A stretch of 64,000 nt of DNA from an uncultured Candidatus Saccharibacteria bacterium (GCA_964575755.1 CAZNRH010000003.1:2303-66302); one strand, 5' to 3'. Counted from the stretch's first letter, positions 1 to 9,755 are shown. Made by a program: numbers and translations. Notes: generated by a model from the sequence alone, not told the origin.

Positions 1-23
1 AACATATACATGGCAAGCGGTTT

Positions 24-635
24 TTGTGGAAACTATCTGGGAGGGAGAAAATCAATCGGGAGATATCTGAAGTGTTGTCATATACTCATACTAGGAAGAC
101 AGTACCAACTCCAAAGGAGCGGGTAATAGACTTTAGCGACACGCTTCGTATTGAATTGTTTTCTGGGTTAGGCGATATTGCTGGAGTAATTAAAGAGGCA
201 TTTCAGCTACATAAAACAGAGAGACTTCTTATTATAGAGAATGCGTCTGCAACTGCGAATATTATAAGAAAGCATTCTTCAGAGTATATTATATCTATTA
301 ATAAAATCTCAGAGAAACATCACGTAATTAGTGAAGGGATTATTACAGAAGGAGTACTGAAAGAATTGCAAGCCTTTAATAAGAAAAATCCACTATGGGG
401 GAAGAGTTTTTTAAAGCGTATGTTTGATGTACGTGTCGTTGAAAGTTCGATTCTAGATAACCTAAAAGGGAATCTTTCAATTTATCGTGACGTAGTATTG
501 ATTACTGATTGGGATAAAGAAACATTGATACGTATTAAAAATCGTGAGACAGTAGCATTAATTACCACAATGTTTCGTGCACTTCAAGAAACAGGAAAGA
601 AAGTAAACATACAAACTCTTTTTGAAAAATCATAA
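24..635 (+). CDS. Hypothetical protein. It appears to start with TTG at 24, and its frame stays open back to the window edge, so it may be 5'-truncated.
   Basis: Long ORF lying just upstream of pilB and co-oriented with it. No motif was recognised. Confidence 0.35.
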   Translation: MWKLSGREKINREISEVLSYTHTRKTVPTPKERVIDFSDTLRIELFSGLGDIAGVIKEAFQLHKTERLLIIENASATANIIRKHSSEYIISINKISEKHHVISEGIITEGVLKELQAFNKKNPLWGKSFLKRMFDVRVVESSILDNLKGNLSIYRDVVLITDWDKETLIRIKNRETVALITTMFRALQETGKKVNIQTLFEKS

Positions 636-703
636 TCACGTTTTCAACTGTGTAACGGTAAATCTATGCTAATAAACTGATATAATGTTTTATAAGTTGA
701 ACT

Positions 704-2452
704 ATGTATATAAATGAAAAACAATTAAAAGAATTTATTCTTGATTCTGGTTTGGTATCTAAGAAAGCTTTTAAGGAAGCTGAAAAGGAGGCCAAGAAAA
801 AAGACCAATCTGTGGGCGATATTCTTGTAAGTAATGGAGACTTCACAGAAGACGATTTGCGCAGAACACAGGCGTACATCCTCGGCATACCTTTTGTGAA
901 TCTTCAGAACAAGCGAATAGATACTGAGGTACTCTCTCTTATTCCTGAACCAATTGCTAGAAATCATAACATTATTGCGTATAAAAAAACCGAAGACAGT
1001 CTTGAGGTTGCCATGTTAAACACTGACAACTTAACTGCAATCGATTTTGTTAAAAAGAAAGTGCGTTTAAAGATATTGCCACGACTTACTGACGCAGGTT
1101 CTATTAAGTCGGCACTCAAGCAGTACCAGAAAAGTCTTAAAGACGAGTTTGGTGACATTATTATGCGTGAGACTGCGTCACTCAAAGGGTTTTCTGGTGA
1201 AGAAGAGAACATGTCTGGCGAGGATCTTAAAAAGCTCGCAGAAGATTTGCCCGTAGTACGTATTGTTGATTCACTTCTTCGCCATGCAGTGAATCAAAAT
1301 GCATCGGATATTCATATTGAGCCGATGGATGATCAGGTTTTGATTCGCTATCGTATTGATGGCATCTTGCATGACGCAATGACTCTCCCTAAAAGTGCGG
1401 CGCCATCTATAACTGCTCGAATTAAAGTTCTCTCAAGTTTAAAACTTGATGAGAAGAGACTGCCACAAGACGGTCGTTTTAAGATGGAGACTGGAAATGA
1501 ACGAGTATCATTTCGTGTTTCTGTATTACCAACATATTACGGAGAAAAGACAGTGATGAGACTTTTACGTGAAGATATTTCTGGATTCACGCTCGAAGGT
1601 TTAGGATTCCACGGTGAAGGACTCGAGAAGATTCATAAAGCAACACGTCGTAAGACAGGAATGATACTGACAACAGGTCCAACAGGCTCTGGTAAGACCA
1701 CAACCCTATATACAATATTAGATATTTTAAATACAACAGATGTAAATATTTCTACTATCGAAGATCCTATCGAATATCAAATGCCAAGGATAAACCAAAC
1801 GCAGGTTAAACCAGATATCGGTTTCACTTTTGCGACAGGGCTCCGTGCTCTTGTACGACAAGATCCAGATGTGATTATGGTGGGGGAGATACGAGACAAT
1901 GAGACAGCATCTCTTGCTATCAATGCAGCCTTGACTGGCCACTTAGTTCTCTCAACGCTCCACACAAACTCTGCAGCTGGAGCTATGCCACGTCTTATGG
2001 ATATGGATTCGGAACCATTTTTGATTGTTTCTACGATAGAAGTAATTATCGGACAGCGTTTGGTTCGACAACTTTGTGACTCAAAAAAAGAGTACATCTT
2101 AACTGATTCAGAAATAAAGAAGCTTGAGAAGGTAGTTGATTTAGACACGGTATTAAAGGCGCTTAAGGAAGAAAAAATAGTAGATAAAAAAGCAACATGG
2201 AAAAGTATTCCTTTTTATAAAGAAGTGTCATCACAAGAATGTGAGGACGGGTTTAGTGGAAGACTTGGTATCCATGAGATTTTGTACATGTCAGATACGA
2301 TTAAAGGTCTGATAATGAAGGGCGCAACTTCAGAGGAGATAGAAGCACAAGCAAAGAGTGATGGCATGATGACTATGATAGAAGATGGAATATTTAAAGC
2401 CGCAAGAGGTATTACGACTATTGAAGAGGTGCTGCGTGTTATTTCTGAATAG
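704..2452 (+). CDS. pilB: Type IV pilus assembly ATPase of the PilB/GspE family
   Basis: Walker A motif GPTGSGKTTT, Asp/His boxes, and a GspE N-terminal domain, all characteristic of T2SS/T4P secretion ATPases. Confidence 0.9.
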   Translation: MYINEKQLKEFILDSGLVSKKAFKEAEKEAKKKDQSVGDILVSNGDFTEDDLRRTQAYILGIPFVNLQNKRIDTEVLSLIPEPIARNHNIIAYKKTEDSLEVAMLNTDNLTAIDFVKKKVRLKILPRLTDAGSIKSALKQYQKSLKDEFGDIIMRETASLKGFSGEEENMSGEDLKKLAEDLPVVRIVDSLLRHAVNQNASDIHIEPMDDQVLIRYRIDGILHDAMTLPKSAAPSITARIKVLSSLKLDEKRLPQDGRFKMETGNERVSFRVSVLPTYYGEKTVMRLLREDISGFTLEGLGFHGEGLEKIHKATRRKTGMILTTGPTGSGKTTTLYTILDILNTTDVNISTIEDPIEYQMPRINQTQVKPDIGFTFATGLRALVRQDPDVIMVGEIRDNETASLAINAALTGHLVLSTLHTNSAAGAMPRLMDMDSEPFLIVSTIEVIIGQRLVRQLCDSKKEYILTDSEIKKLEKVVDLDTVLKALKEEKIVDKKATWKSIPFYKEVSSQECEDGFSGRLGIHEILYMSDTIKGLIMKGATSEEIEAQAKSDGMMTMIEDGIFKAARGITTIEEVLRVISE

Positions 2453-2683
2453 AACGTGCGTTATTGGCGGATTTCTTTGTCACACTTCACTGAATGTCAC
2501 TCGCAGTATGTCTATACAGCTTGCTCTACTTAGCTCGTGCTCCTCGAACTACACCAATGACGCACGTTCTAGATGATACACGTACACTGAATATATTGAA
2601 TGTAGTAAGTTACAAGTAAGAAATGTCAAGTAATGCTATAATTTTTAAATAACTTTCAACTTGATAACTTTTAACTATTTTCC

Positions 2684-3895
2684 ATGCGGTTTATATACAA
2701 AATAAAAAATAAAGACGGAGAGATAATAGAAAGCACTGCAACTGCTCGTGATAAGTTTGAATTGTACGATCAAATTAGAAAAGAAGGCTCGGAAGTAATT
2801 GAAGTGCGCGAACATGGCAAGAACAAATTCTCAATGGATAGGTTTAATGAGATTTTCGGCACAATTAAAGAGCATGAAAAAGTCATCTTAACTCGTAATC
2901 TAGGTGCAATGATAGGTGCAGGACTCTCACTGACAAGAGCTATTACGGTACTCGAGCGTCAAACTAAAAACCAAAAATTAAAAATGGTTCTCGCTGGAAT
3001 TAACAGTGATATAAAAAAGGGTGGCAATTTCCACACTGCATTAAAAAAGTTCCCCAAAGTATTTACACAACTTTTTGTATCCATGGTTCGCGCTGGTGAA
3101 GAGAGCGGTAAGTTATCGGGAGCACTTGATCTCATAGGCGCACAGTTAGAGCGCTCATACACGCTTAAAAAGAAAATAAAAGGAGCGATGATGTACCCGA
3201 GTATTATAATGGTTGCGATGATAATAATTGCCGTGTTGATGCTTATCTTTGTGGTACCAACTTTAACTCAAACATTTGGTGAGCTTGGTGCAGATTTACC
3301 TAAAAGTACGCAAACTATAATCATGGCAAGTGATTTCTTTATACAGCACACGATACTTGCAATAACAATACCAATCGCATTTGTCACTTTTATAATGTAT
3401 GTATTAAAGACAACAAGAGGACGAAGAGCATTTCATTTTATACTGTTGCATACTCCAATAATTGGTGGATTAGTAAAAGAGATTCAGTCAGCACGTACAG
3501 CCAGGACCCTAGCGTCACTCCTCTCGTCTGGAGTTGAGATAGTTACATCTATTTCTATTACTTCAGAGGTGATGCAAAACTCGTATTATAAAGATGTGCT
3601 CTCTCAAGCGCAAAATGACGTGCAAGAAGGCTCGCCTCTGTCGAGAGCATTTACAGAGAATGAACATCTCTATCCAATACTTGTGGGCGAGATGATTTCA
3701 GTTGGAGAGGAGACAGGTAAACTGCCAGATATGCTTCTGCGTGTTGCTGAGTTTTATGAATCAGAGGTTGAGCAAAAAACGAAAGACATGTCTACTATTA
3801 TTGAGCCGTTTCTGATGATTATTATAGGGGCGTTTGTTGGATTCTTTGCTTTGTCTATGATTTCTCCAATATATTCACTTTCAGAAAGTATTTAG
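2684..3895 (+). CDS. pilC: Type IV pilus inner-membrane platform protein of the PilC/GspF family
   Basis: About 400 aa with two GspF-like repeats and three transmembrane segments. It sits immediately downstream of pilB. Confidence 0.85.
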   Translation: MRFIYKIKNKDGEIIESTATARDKFELYDQIRKEGSEVIEVREHGKNKFSMDRFNEIFGTIKEHEKVILTRNLGAMIGAGLSLTRAITVLERQTKNQKLKMVLAGINSDIKKGGNFHTALKKFPKVFTQLFVSMVRAGEESGKLSGALDLIGAQLERSYTLKKKIKGAMMYPSIIMVAMIIIAVLMLIFVVPTLTQTFGELGADLPKSTQTIIMASDFFIQHTILAITIPIAFVTFIMYVLKTTRGRRAFHFILLHTPIIGGLVKEIQSARTARTLASLLSSGVEIVTSISITSEVMQNSYYKDVLSQAQNDVQEGSPLSRAFTENEHLYPILVGEMISVGEETGKLPDMLLRVAEFYESEVEQKTKDMSTIIEPFLMIIIGAFVGFFALSMISPIYSLSESI

Positions 3896-4035
3896 AAAAT
3901 ATTATGAACGTAGTGAATTAGATTTTCTTAACCCTGTTAAATCTTTTGCAAAGCAAAAGGAAAAATATGAAAGATTTTTCCTTAACGGGGTACAAGATTT
4001 CCTAACTTATTTTTGTTCAGTAGGCAAAACTTATA

Positions 4036-5364
4036 ATGTCACACATTCAAAACAAACAAAAAGGGACGACATTACTGGATGTTGTTTTTGGCACAGCATT
4101 ACTTCTGATTGTGTTTGTTGGGCTGTATGGAGTATTTCAGCTTACTCTCGAATTAGTGCAGAGTTCTAAATCTAAAACAGGTGCACTTACTCTTGCTAGT
4201 GAACGCATGGAGTTTATTCGTAGTCTCAATTATGATGACGTCGGTACGGTTGGCGGTATCCCGCAAGGAGTGCTCACTGCGGAAGAAAACAATACATTGA
4301 ATGGAATTCCATATACTAAAAAGACGTTTGTTCAATATGTCGACGCTGTAGAAGACGGAGTTGGTGGCTCTGATTCAAATGGAATAACAACAGACTATAA
4401 ACTCGTAAAAGTTACTATAGAATGGCTATTTCGAGGGGACGCACGTTCATTTTCTCTTGTAACAAATGTTACACCTCAAGGTATAGAATCGGTTGTTGGT
4501 GGCGGCACACTGCGCATTAATGTGCTTGATTCTTATGGTTCACCGGTGCCAAGCGCTCAAGTAAATCTTATAAATAACGCACTTAATCCATCTGTTTCTG
4601 TTTCGACATTTTCAAATATAAGTGGAGTTGTGGAGTTTCCTGGAGCCCCTTCGTCAAGTAGTTATGAGATTTCCATAAGTAAATCAGGGTTAAATAGCGC
4701 ACAGACATACTCTGTTGGAGGTCTAAACGTGAACCCAAATCCAGGACACTTAACAGTCGTAGAGGCACAGACAACATCTTCAACTTTTTACATAGACACT
4801 ACTGGCTCAGCAACAGTGCGCACTTTTGAAGCAGGTACAACAACACCACTTCAAAGTATTGACCTATCAATTGCTGGCAATAAAACGATAGGAACAGATG
4901 GAATAGATGATCCTATATATAAGTATAGCTCAGACATTAATACAGGCTCTTTAGGAAGCATTTTGCTAGAGGATCTTGAGTGGGATAATTACACAATCAC
5001 CATAGATAGTGGCGCAACAGGATACGAAATAGCACAGACGTGCGAACCTCAACCATTTGCACTTGCGCCATCAGAAAATAAGGTTGTAGATATGCATCTT
5101 ACTGACAGCTCCACGCATTATATTATTGTGGATGTTACCGATAGTATCGGTAACGATCTTGGTGGAGCAAATGTACGTTTGTATAATGGAGGATATAACA
5201 CTACGTTTTCAACTGATGACTGTGGACTGACTTCATTTAGTAATTCTTCTTCATGGGGTTCGTATTCGATAGATGTATCGCTTTCTGGATATACACCACA
5301 AACAGTGAATAGTGTTGACGCAAGTAGAATATCAAACTTGAGTATCGTGCTAAACAGTATCTAA
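4036..5364 (+). CDS. Large pseudopilin-like protein with an N-terminal hydrophobic helix and Ser/Thr-rich beta-domains
   Basis: The N-terminus reads KG-TTLLD-VVFGTALLLIVFVGL, a class-III signal-like motif with Asp at +5 instead of Glu. Long Thr/Ser/Gly-rich repeats follow. Confidence 0.5.
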   Translation: MSHIQNKQKGTTLLDVVFGTALLLIVFVGLYGVFQLTLELVQSSKSKTGALTLASERMEFIRSLNYDDVGTVGGIPQGVLTAEENNTLNGIPYTKKTFVQYVDAVEDGVGGSDSNGITTDYKLVKVTIEWLFRGDARSFSLVTNVTPQGIESVVGGGTLRINVLDSYGSPVPSAQVNLINNALNPSVSVSTFSNISGVVEFPGAPSSSSYEISISKSGLNSAQTYSVGGLNVNPNPGHLTVVEAQTTSSTFYIDTTGSATVRTFEAGTTTPLQSIDLSIAGNKTIGTDGIDDPIYKYSSDINTGSLGSILLEDLEWDNYTITIDSGATGYEIAQTCEPQPFALAPSENKVVDMHLTDSSTHYIIVDVTDSIGNDLGGANVRLYNGGYNTTFSTDDCGLTSFSNSSSWGSYSIDVSLSGYTPQTVNSVDASRISNLSIVLNSI

Positions 5365-5365
5365 A

Positions 5366-5983
5366 ATGAAACAATTAGTAACTAATAATTATAAACTGAG
5401 GACTAAATATGGGTTTACTCTTATAGAGACGCTCGTGGTCATCACCATCACCATCACCATTATTGGTGCACTCGTTTCATCAATTAGCTTTTTTTATAAA
5501 TCTAATACAAATGCACTTGAGCAATCTTTTGCTATTAACAGTGCTCGTATTGGAATAGAAAGGATAGTTAAAGATATTCGGGAAGCGTCTTTTTCTGATG
5601 AGGGAGCATATCCAGTTATTGCCATGGCTACATCATCGTTTAGTTTTTATAGTGATATAGACAGTGATATCTTTGTTGAAAAGGTAAGATATTTTATTGA
5701 TGGCACTAATTTAAATAAAGGGGTTATAAACTCTTCTGGAGATCCACTTATATATAATAGTAATAATGAAGTTGTTTCTCTTGTCTCAGACAATGTTCGA
5801 AATAATGTAGAGCTGATAGACCTCTTTGTGTTTTTTGATGAATCAGGTGTGGTGATGACAGACATGTCAGATGCGACAGCATTAAGGTTCGTGACAGTGA
5901 AAGTTTCCGTTGACGTTAATCTAGCACGTTTACCAGAGAGTTTTGTACTTAACTCAAGTGCAACACTACGTAATGTAAGATAG
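5366..5983 (+). CDS. Type IV prepilin with a long (16 aa) leader
   Basis: Canonical prepilin cleavage and N-methylation motif KYG-FTLIETLVV followed by a hydrophobic helix. The TM helix contains an in-frame (ATCACC)x3 repeat. Confidence 0.8.
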   Translation: MKQLVTNNYKLRTKYGFTLIETLVVITITITIIGALVSSISFFYKSNTNALEQSFAINSARIGIERIVKDIREASFSDEGAYPVIAMATSSFSFYSDIDSDIFVEKVRYFIDGTNLNKGVINSSGDPLIYNSNNEVVSLVSDNVRNNVELIDLFVFFDESGVVMTDMSDATALRFVTVKVSVDVNLARLPESFVLNSSATLRNVR

Positions 5984-6034
5984 GTATCATTTTTCAGAAA
6001 AAATGAAAACAAAAATGAAAACAAAAGAATTATG

Positions 6035-6183
6035 CTCCCTGTTTGCCCAAGCTTTGCTTGGATACAAACAGCAGTGCAGAGCCTCCCTGTTTGCCCAAGC
6101 TTTGCTTGGATACAAACAGCAGTGCAGAGCCTCCCTGTTTGCCCAAGAGCGAAGCGATTGGTTGGCAAACAGCAGTGCAGTGA
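6035..6183 (+). repeat. Tandem array of about 48-nt hairpin-forming repeats. There are two perfect copies plus a third divergent copy, preceded by a 2x12-nt AAATGAAAACAA repeat.
   Basis: The unit CTCCCTGTTTGCCCAAGCTTTGCTTGGATACAAACAGCAGTGCAGAGC occurs at 6035-6082 and 6083-6130. Each unit holds the nested inverted repeats CTGTTTG/CAAACAG and CCAAGC/GCTTGG. Confidence 0.9.
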
Positions 6184-6251
6184 GGTCTTCAGACCGAGTC
6201 GTGAATAAGGAATTAGGAATTAAAAAATATAAAAACAGAGGATACGTAACC

Positions 6252-7619
6252 ATGCTGGTTCTTGTTTTTGCTGGCGTCTTTTTTACAATAGTGTCGGCGC
6301 TTTCAGGTTTTGTTTTTTTACAAAATAAAGTGCAGATTGCAAAAGAAAATAGAGAAAAAGCTTTTCAGATAGCTGAAGCAGGGCTAGATTATTACAAATG
6401 GTTCTTGGCACATTTTCCTAACGACTTAAAAGACGGGACAGGGACGTCTGGTCCGTATGTGCATTCTTACTCAGACCCAGAAGGTGGTGTGGTGGGGAAT
6501 TTCTCTCTTGATATTACTGGTAATACACAGTGTGGAATAGTTACCTCAATAAACATAACCTCGACAGGGGTATCCGATAACGACACCACTCTAGAGAGAG
6601 AGCTATTCGCGAAATATTCCAGACCATCAGTAGCAGAGTACTCTTTCATCCTAAATACAAATGATTGGAAGAAAGACCAGACTATCCTTGGTAAGTATCA
6701 CTCGAACAATGGAGTTCGCATGGACGCAGATAATAAATCGTTAGTGAGTAGCTCGGTAGCAAGTTGGACATGTACATCATCTCGCGGATGTGACCCTGAC
6801 TCAACCGAGGACGGCATCTTTGGAATTGGTGACAGTGCTCTATGGCAGTTTCCTGTACCTCAGATTGACTTTAATGGTATTACTGCTGATTTATCTTCAA
6901 TGAAGAATTTGGCACAAAATAGTGGTGGGATTTATCTCGGTGATTCAGGTGCAGAGGGATATCATATTTATCTACAAAGCGATGGAACGTTTGATGTATA
7001 TAGAGTTGATACTGTTGGAGATGGTTATTGGGCATATAGCTCACAGTGGACGTGGGAGATAGAAAACAATAAAGTTCTTTCGGAGACATTTCTTCAAACA
7101 TACACACCACCAGCAGATTGTAGTTTAGTTTTTGTGGAGGATATGTTGTGGTTGGAGGGTACAGTGAAAGGTAAACTAACAATTGTGTCAGCAGACTTAG
7201 TTAATTCAAATATTGAAACAGATATATATTTAGTAAACAATATAGAATACTCAACTTTAGTTGGTACAGATGGGTTAACAGTAATTGCGGAAGAGGATAT
7301 ATTATTATCTCCTGTAGTTCCAGACGATATGTCCATTCGAGGTATTTTTATAGCTCAAACAGGTCATTTTGGAAGAAATTACTACCACCCTGACAATGGA
7401 TATAGTGTAAGTGAGTCGTATCAGAATTCTTTTACAATAAATGGCTCAATTATTTCAAATGGACGTTCGTCAACTAGGTGGGATTGCCCAGATTATTGTT
7501 CAGGGTTTAATACGCGTAATAACTCATATGATCAGACACAGGCAAATAATCCTCCACCCTTAACTCCGTATACTAGTGATGATTTTAGGTTTGTTCAGTG
7601 GAGAGAAGAAACTTTATAG
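6252..7619 (+). CDS. Membrane-anchored pilus-associated protein (minor-pilin or PilX-like). The ORF track extends it to 6003 through the repeat array, which is unlikely to be coding.
   Basis: An ATG at 6252 with a purine-rich stretch upstream, followed by the N-terminal TM helix MLVLVFAGVFFTIVSALSGFV and a large Cys-containing extracellular domain. Confidence 0.45.
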   Translation: MLVLVFAGVFFTIVSALSGFVFLQNKVQIAKENREKAFQIAEAGLDYYKWFLAHFPNDLKDGTGTSGPYVHSYSDPEGGVVGNFSLDITGNTQCGIVTSINITSTGVSDNDTTLERELFAKYSRPSVAEYSFILNTNDWKKDQTILGKYHSNNGVRMDADNKSLVSSSVASWTCTSSRGCDPDSTEDGIFGIGDSALWQFPVPQIDFNGITADLSSMKNLAQNSGGIYLGDSGAEGYHIYLQSDGTFDVYRVDTVGDGYWAYSSQWTWEIENNKVLSETFLQTYTPPADCSLVFVEDMLWLEGTVKGKLTIVSADLVNSNIETDIYLVNNIEYSTLVGTDGLTVIAEEDILLSPVVPDDMSIRGIFIAQTGHFGRNYYHPDNGYSVSESYQNSFTINGSIISNGRSSTRWDCPDYCSGFNTRNNSYDQTQANNPPPLTPYTSDDFRFVQWREETL

Positions 7620-7640
7620 TAGTGTGATACAATTCGAGAT

Positions 7641-7763
7641 GTATGAATCCCGAACGAAATCGCGGACACAAACATAATATATAATAAATAAGTCGATAAT
7701 TAACAAAAGATTTAATCTAGTGACAAGGATTGTTTAAGTCCGTGTCCTATTTTGTACGGGATG
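7641..7763 (+). promoter_or_regulatory. Structured 5' leader element, copy 1, upstream of tpiA. Long-range helix ATCCCG-A-ACGAAAT..GGACAC / GTGTCC..ATTTTGT-A-CGGGAT encloses an AT-rich loop of about 60 nt and engages the start codon.
   Basis: A near-identical copy lies upstream of pgk, with 3 mismatches over about 123 nt. The ATG is embedded in the 3' strand of the helix. Confidence 0.6.
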
Positions 7764-8525
7764 AAAAAGATAATCATAGCCAACTGGAAGATGAATCCTG
7801 AAAGTGCCACAAAGGCAAAGGAACTCTTTATTGGAGTGAAGCAGGTAGCAAGTAAGCTTTCAAACGTAAAGACTGTTATAGCTACTCCGTTTGTATATTT
7901 ATCAGAGATTAGCAAATTATATCGTGGACATAGAATCGAGTTTGCAGCACAAGATGTATTTTGGGAGAAAAGAGGCTCATTTACTGGAGAGGTAAGCAGT
8001 GCGATGCTTAAAGACAGTGGGGCGACGCATGTCATAGTTGGTCATTCAGAGCGTCGTCTACTTGGCGAAGCAGATGTAGAGGTAAATCAAAAAGTTCTCG
8101 CTTCTACTCAAGCAGGTTTGACTGTTATACTTTGTATTGGCGAATCAGATCGCGATCATAGAGACGGCACACATCTTTCTTTTTTAACCTCACAGTTAGA
8201 ATCAGCACTTAAGGGTATATCTAAAAATAGACTTTCAAAAATTATAATTGCATATGAACCAATTTGGGCAATAGGTAAAAGTGAAGCTGATGCCATGAAG
8301 GGAGATGAGCTTCACGAGACAGTACTTTTTATTAGGAAAGTATTAACAGGTATCTTTGGAAAGAATCTTGCATTCAAAGTTCCTATTTTATACGGCGGGT
8401 CAGCAGGAAAGAGTAATACAGAAGTGTTACTTACCGAAGGTATGGTGGATGGGTTATTGGTAGGGCATGCAAGTCTGAAAATAGCTGAGTTTAGTGATAT
8501 GTTGAAGATAGCGCAAAAAATTTAG
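7761..8525 (+). CDS. tpiA: Triosephosphate isomerase
   Basis: IIANWKMN N-terminus, VGHSERR catalytic motif and the YEPIWAIGTG-like region. The start is taken as the ATG at 7761, which matches the leader/start arrangement of pgk. Confidence 0.9.
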   Translation: MKKIIIANWKMNPESATKAKELFIGVKQVASKLSNVKTVIATPFVYLSEISKLYRGHRIEFAAQDVFWEKRGSFTGEVSSAMLKDSGATHVIVGHSERRLLGEADVEVNQKVLASTQAGLTVILCIGESDRDHRDGTHLSFLTSQLESALKGISKNRLSKIIIAYEPIWAIGKSEADAMKGDELHETVLFIRKVLTGIFGKNLAFKVPILYGGSAGKSNTEVLLTEGMVDGLLVGHASLKIAEFSDMLKIAQKI

Positions 8526-8534
8526 TAAAAAATA

Positions 8535-8657
8535 GTATGAATCCCGAACGAAATCGTGGACACAAACATAATATATGATAAATAAGTCGATAATTAACAA
8601 AAGATTTAATCTAGTGACAAGGATTGTTTAAGTCCGTGTCCTATTCTGTACGGGATG
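8535..8657 (+). promoter_or_regulatory. Structured 5' leader element, copy 2, upstream of pgk
   Basis: About 97% identical to 7641-7763. The helix again ends in gggATG. Confidence 0.6.
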
Positions 8658-9755
8658 AAAAGTATTAAAGATGCAGGAGACGTAAAAGGAAAGAGAGTAC
8701 TTGTTCGAATTGATATTGATGACTCTGGAGTGAGTGCACTCCCCACTAATGCGCTTAAACCAACACTTTCTTATCTTAAAATGGCAGGTGCACGCGTCAT
8801 CCTTTTAGGGCATGTAGGACGTGACGGCAGTGTGTCTTCACGTAAGATTTTTGAAATACTAAAGAAAGAAATAGAGATTAGTTTTATTCCAGACATCGTT
8901 GGAGAAGTAGCCAGAGCAAGCATTAATGAAATGAAAGATGGGGAAGTCGTCTTGTTAGAAAATGTACGTGGCGACACAAGAGAAATGGAAAATGACGAAA
9001 CTTTTTCAAAAGAACTCGCAAGCCTAGCTGACATATATGTAAATGATGCCTTTGCAGTTTCACACAGAGAGCATGCATCACTTACTGGTATAACAAAACA
9101 TTTACCCAGTTATGCAGGACTTCGTTTACTAGAAGAAATAGAGGAGCTCTCTAAAGCCATTAACCCAAAGTCTCCATCCATTTTTATTATCAGTGGAGCA
9201 AAGATAAAGACTAAATTGCCTCTAATAGAAAAATTTATAGAAGTATATGACTATGTATTTGTAGGAGGAGTTCTTGCAAATAACTTCTTTGAAGCTAAAG
9301 GGTTTGAGATTGGCACATCAGTTGTGTCAGATGAGAATATTGATATATCACACCTACTTAATAATGAAAAAGTTCTAATACCAACTGACGTTGTTGTAGA
9401 AGTTGATGGAAAGTCATTAATAAAAAAAGCAGACGGGGTATTAAAAGAAGAAAAAATAGTAGATGCCGGTCCAGAGACTGTCTTAATGCTTAAAGAAAAA
9501 ATTAAAGACATGAACAGTGTTGTATGGAATGGTCCGCTTGGAGAGTATGAGCGTGGTTTTGATACAGCCACCAAAGACTTAGCGCTTGGTATTGCAGAAA
9601 GCCACGCCTATTCAATCGCAGGTGGTGGAGACACTCTTAACGCAATCGCAGATCTCAATATAGAGGAGAAGTTCTCATTTGTCTCAACTGGCGGAGGTGC
9701 AATGCTTGCGTTTTTACTACATGGAACATTGTCTGCAATTGAAGCCTTAAAATAG
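8655..9755 (+). CDS. pgk: Phosphoglycerate kinase (short form)
   Basis: The C-terminal GGGDTLNAI...STGGGAMLAFL signature and an N-terminal substrate-binding region. Confidence 0.85.
   Translation: MKSIKDAGDVKGKRVLVRIDIDDSGVSALPTNALKPTLSYLKMAGARVILLGHVGRDGSVSSRKIFEILKKEIEISFIPDIVGEVARASINEMKDGEVVLLENVRGDTREMENDETFSKELASLADIYVNDAFAVSHREHASLTGITKHLPSYAGLRLLEEIEELSKAINPKSPSIFIISGAKIKTKLPLIEKFIEVYDYVFVGGVLANNFFEAKGFEIGTSVVSDENIDISHLLNNEKVLIPTDVVVEVDGKSLIKKADGVLKEEKIVDAGPETVLMLKEKIKDMNSVVWNGPLGEYERGFDTATKDLALGIAESHAYSIAGGGDTLNAIADLNIEEKFSFVSTGGGAMLAFLLHGTLSAIEALK

Noticed and set aside
6003-6251. The ORF-track start at 6003, which would make a 538-aa protein beginning MKTKMKTKELCSLFAQALLGYKQQCRAS...
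   Set aside because: This stretch is the translation of the tandem 48-nt hairpin repeats, the same peptide repeated. A plausible ATG with an N-terminal TM helix lies at 6252, so the repeats are more likely non-coding.
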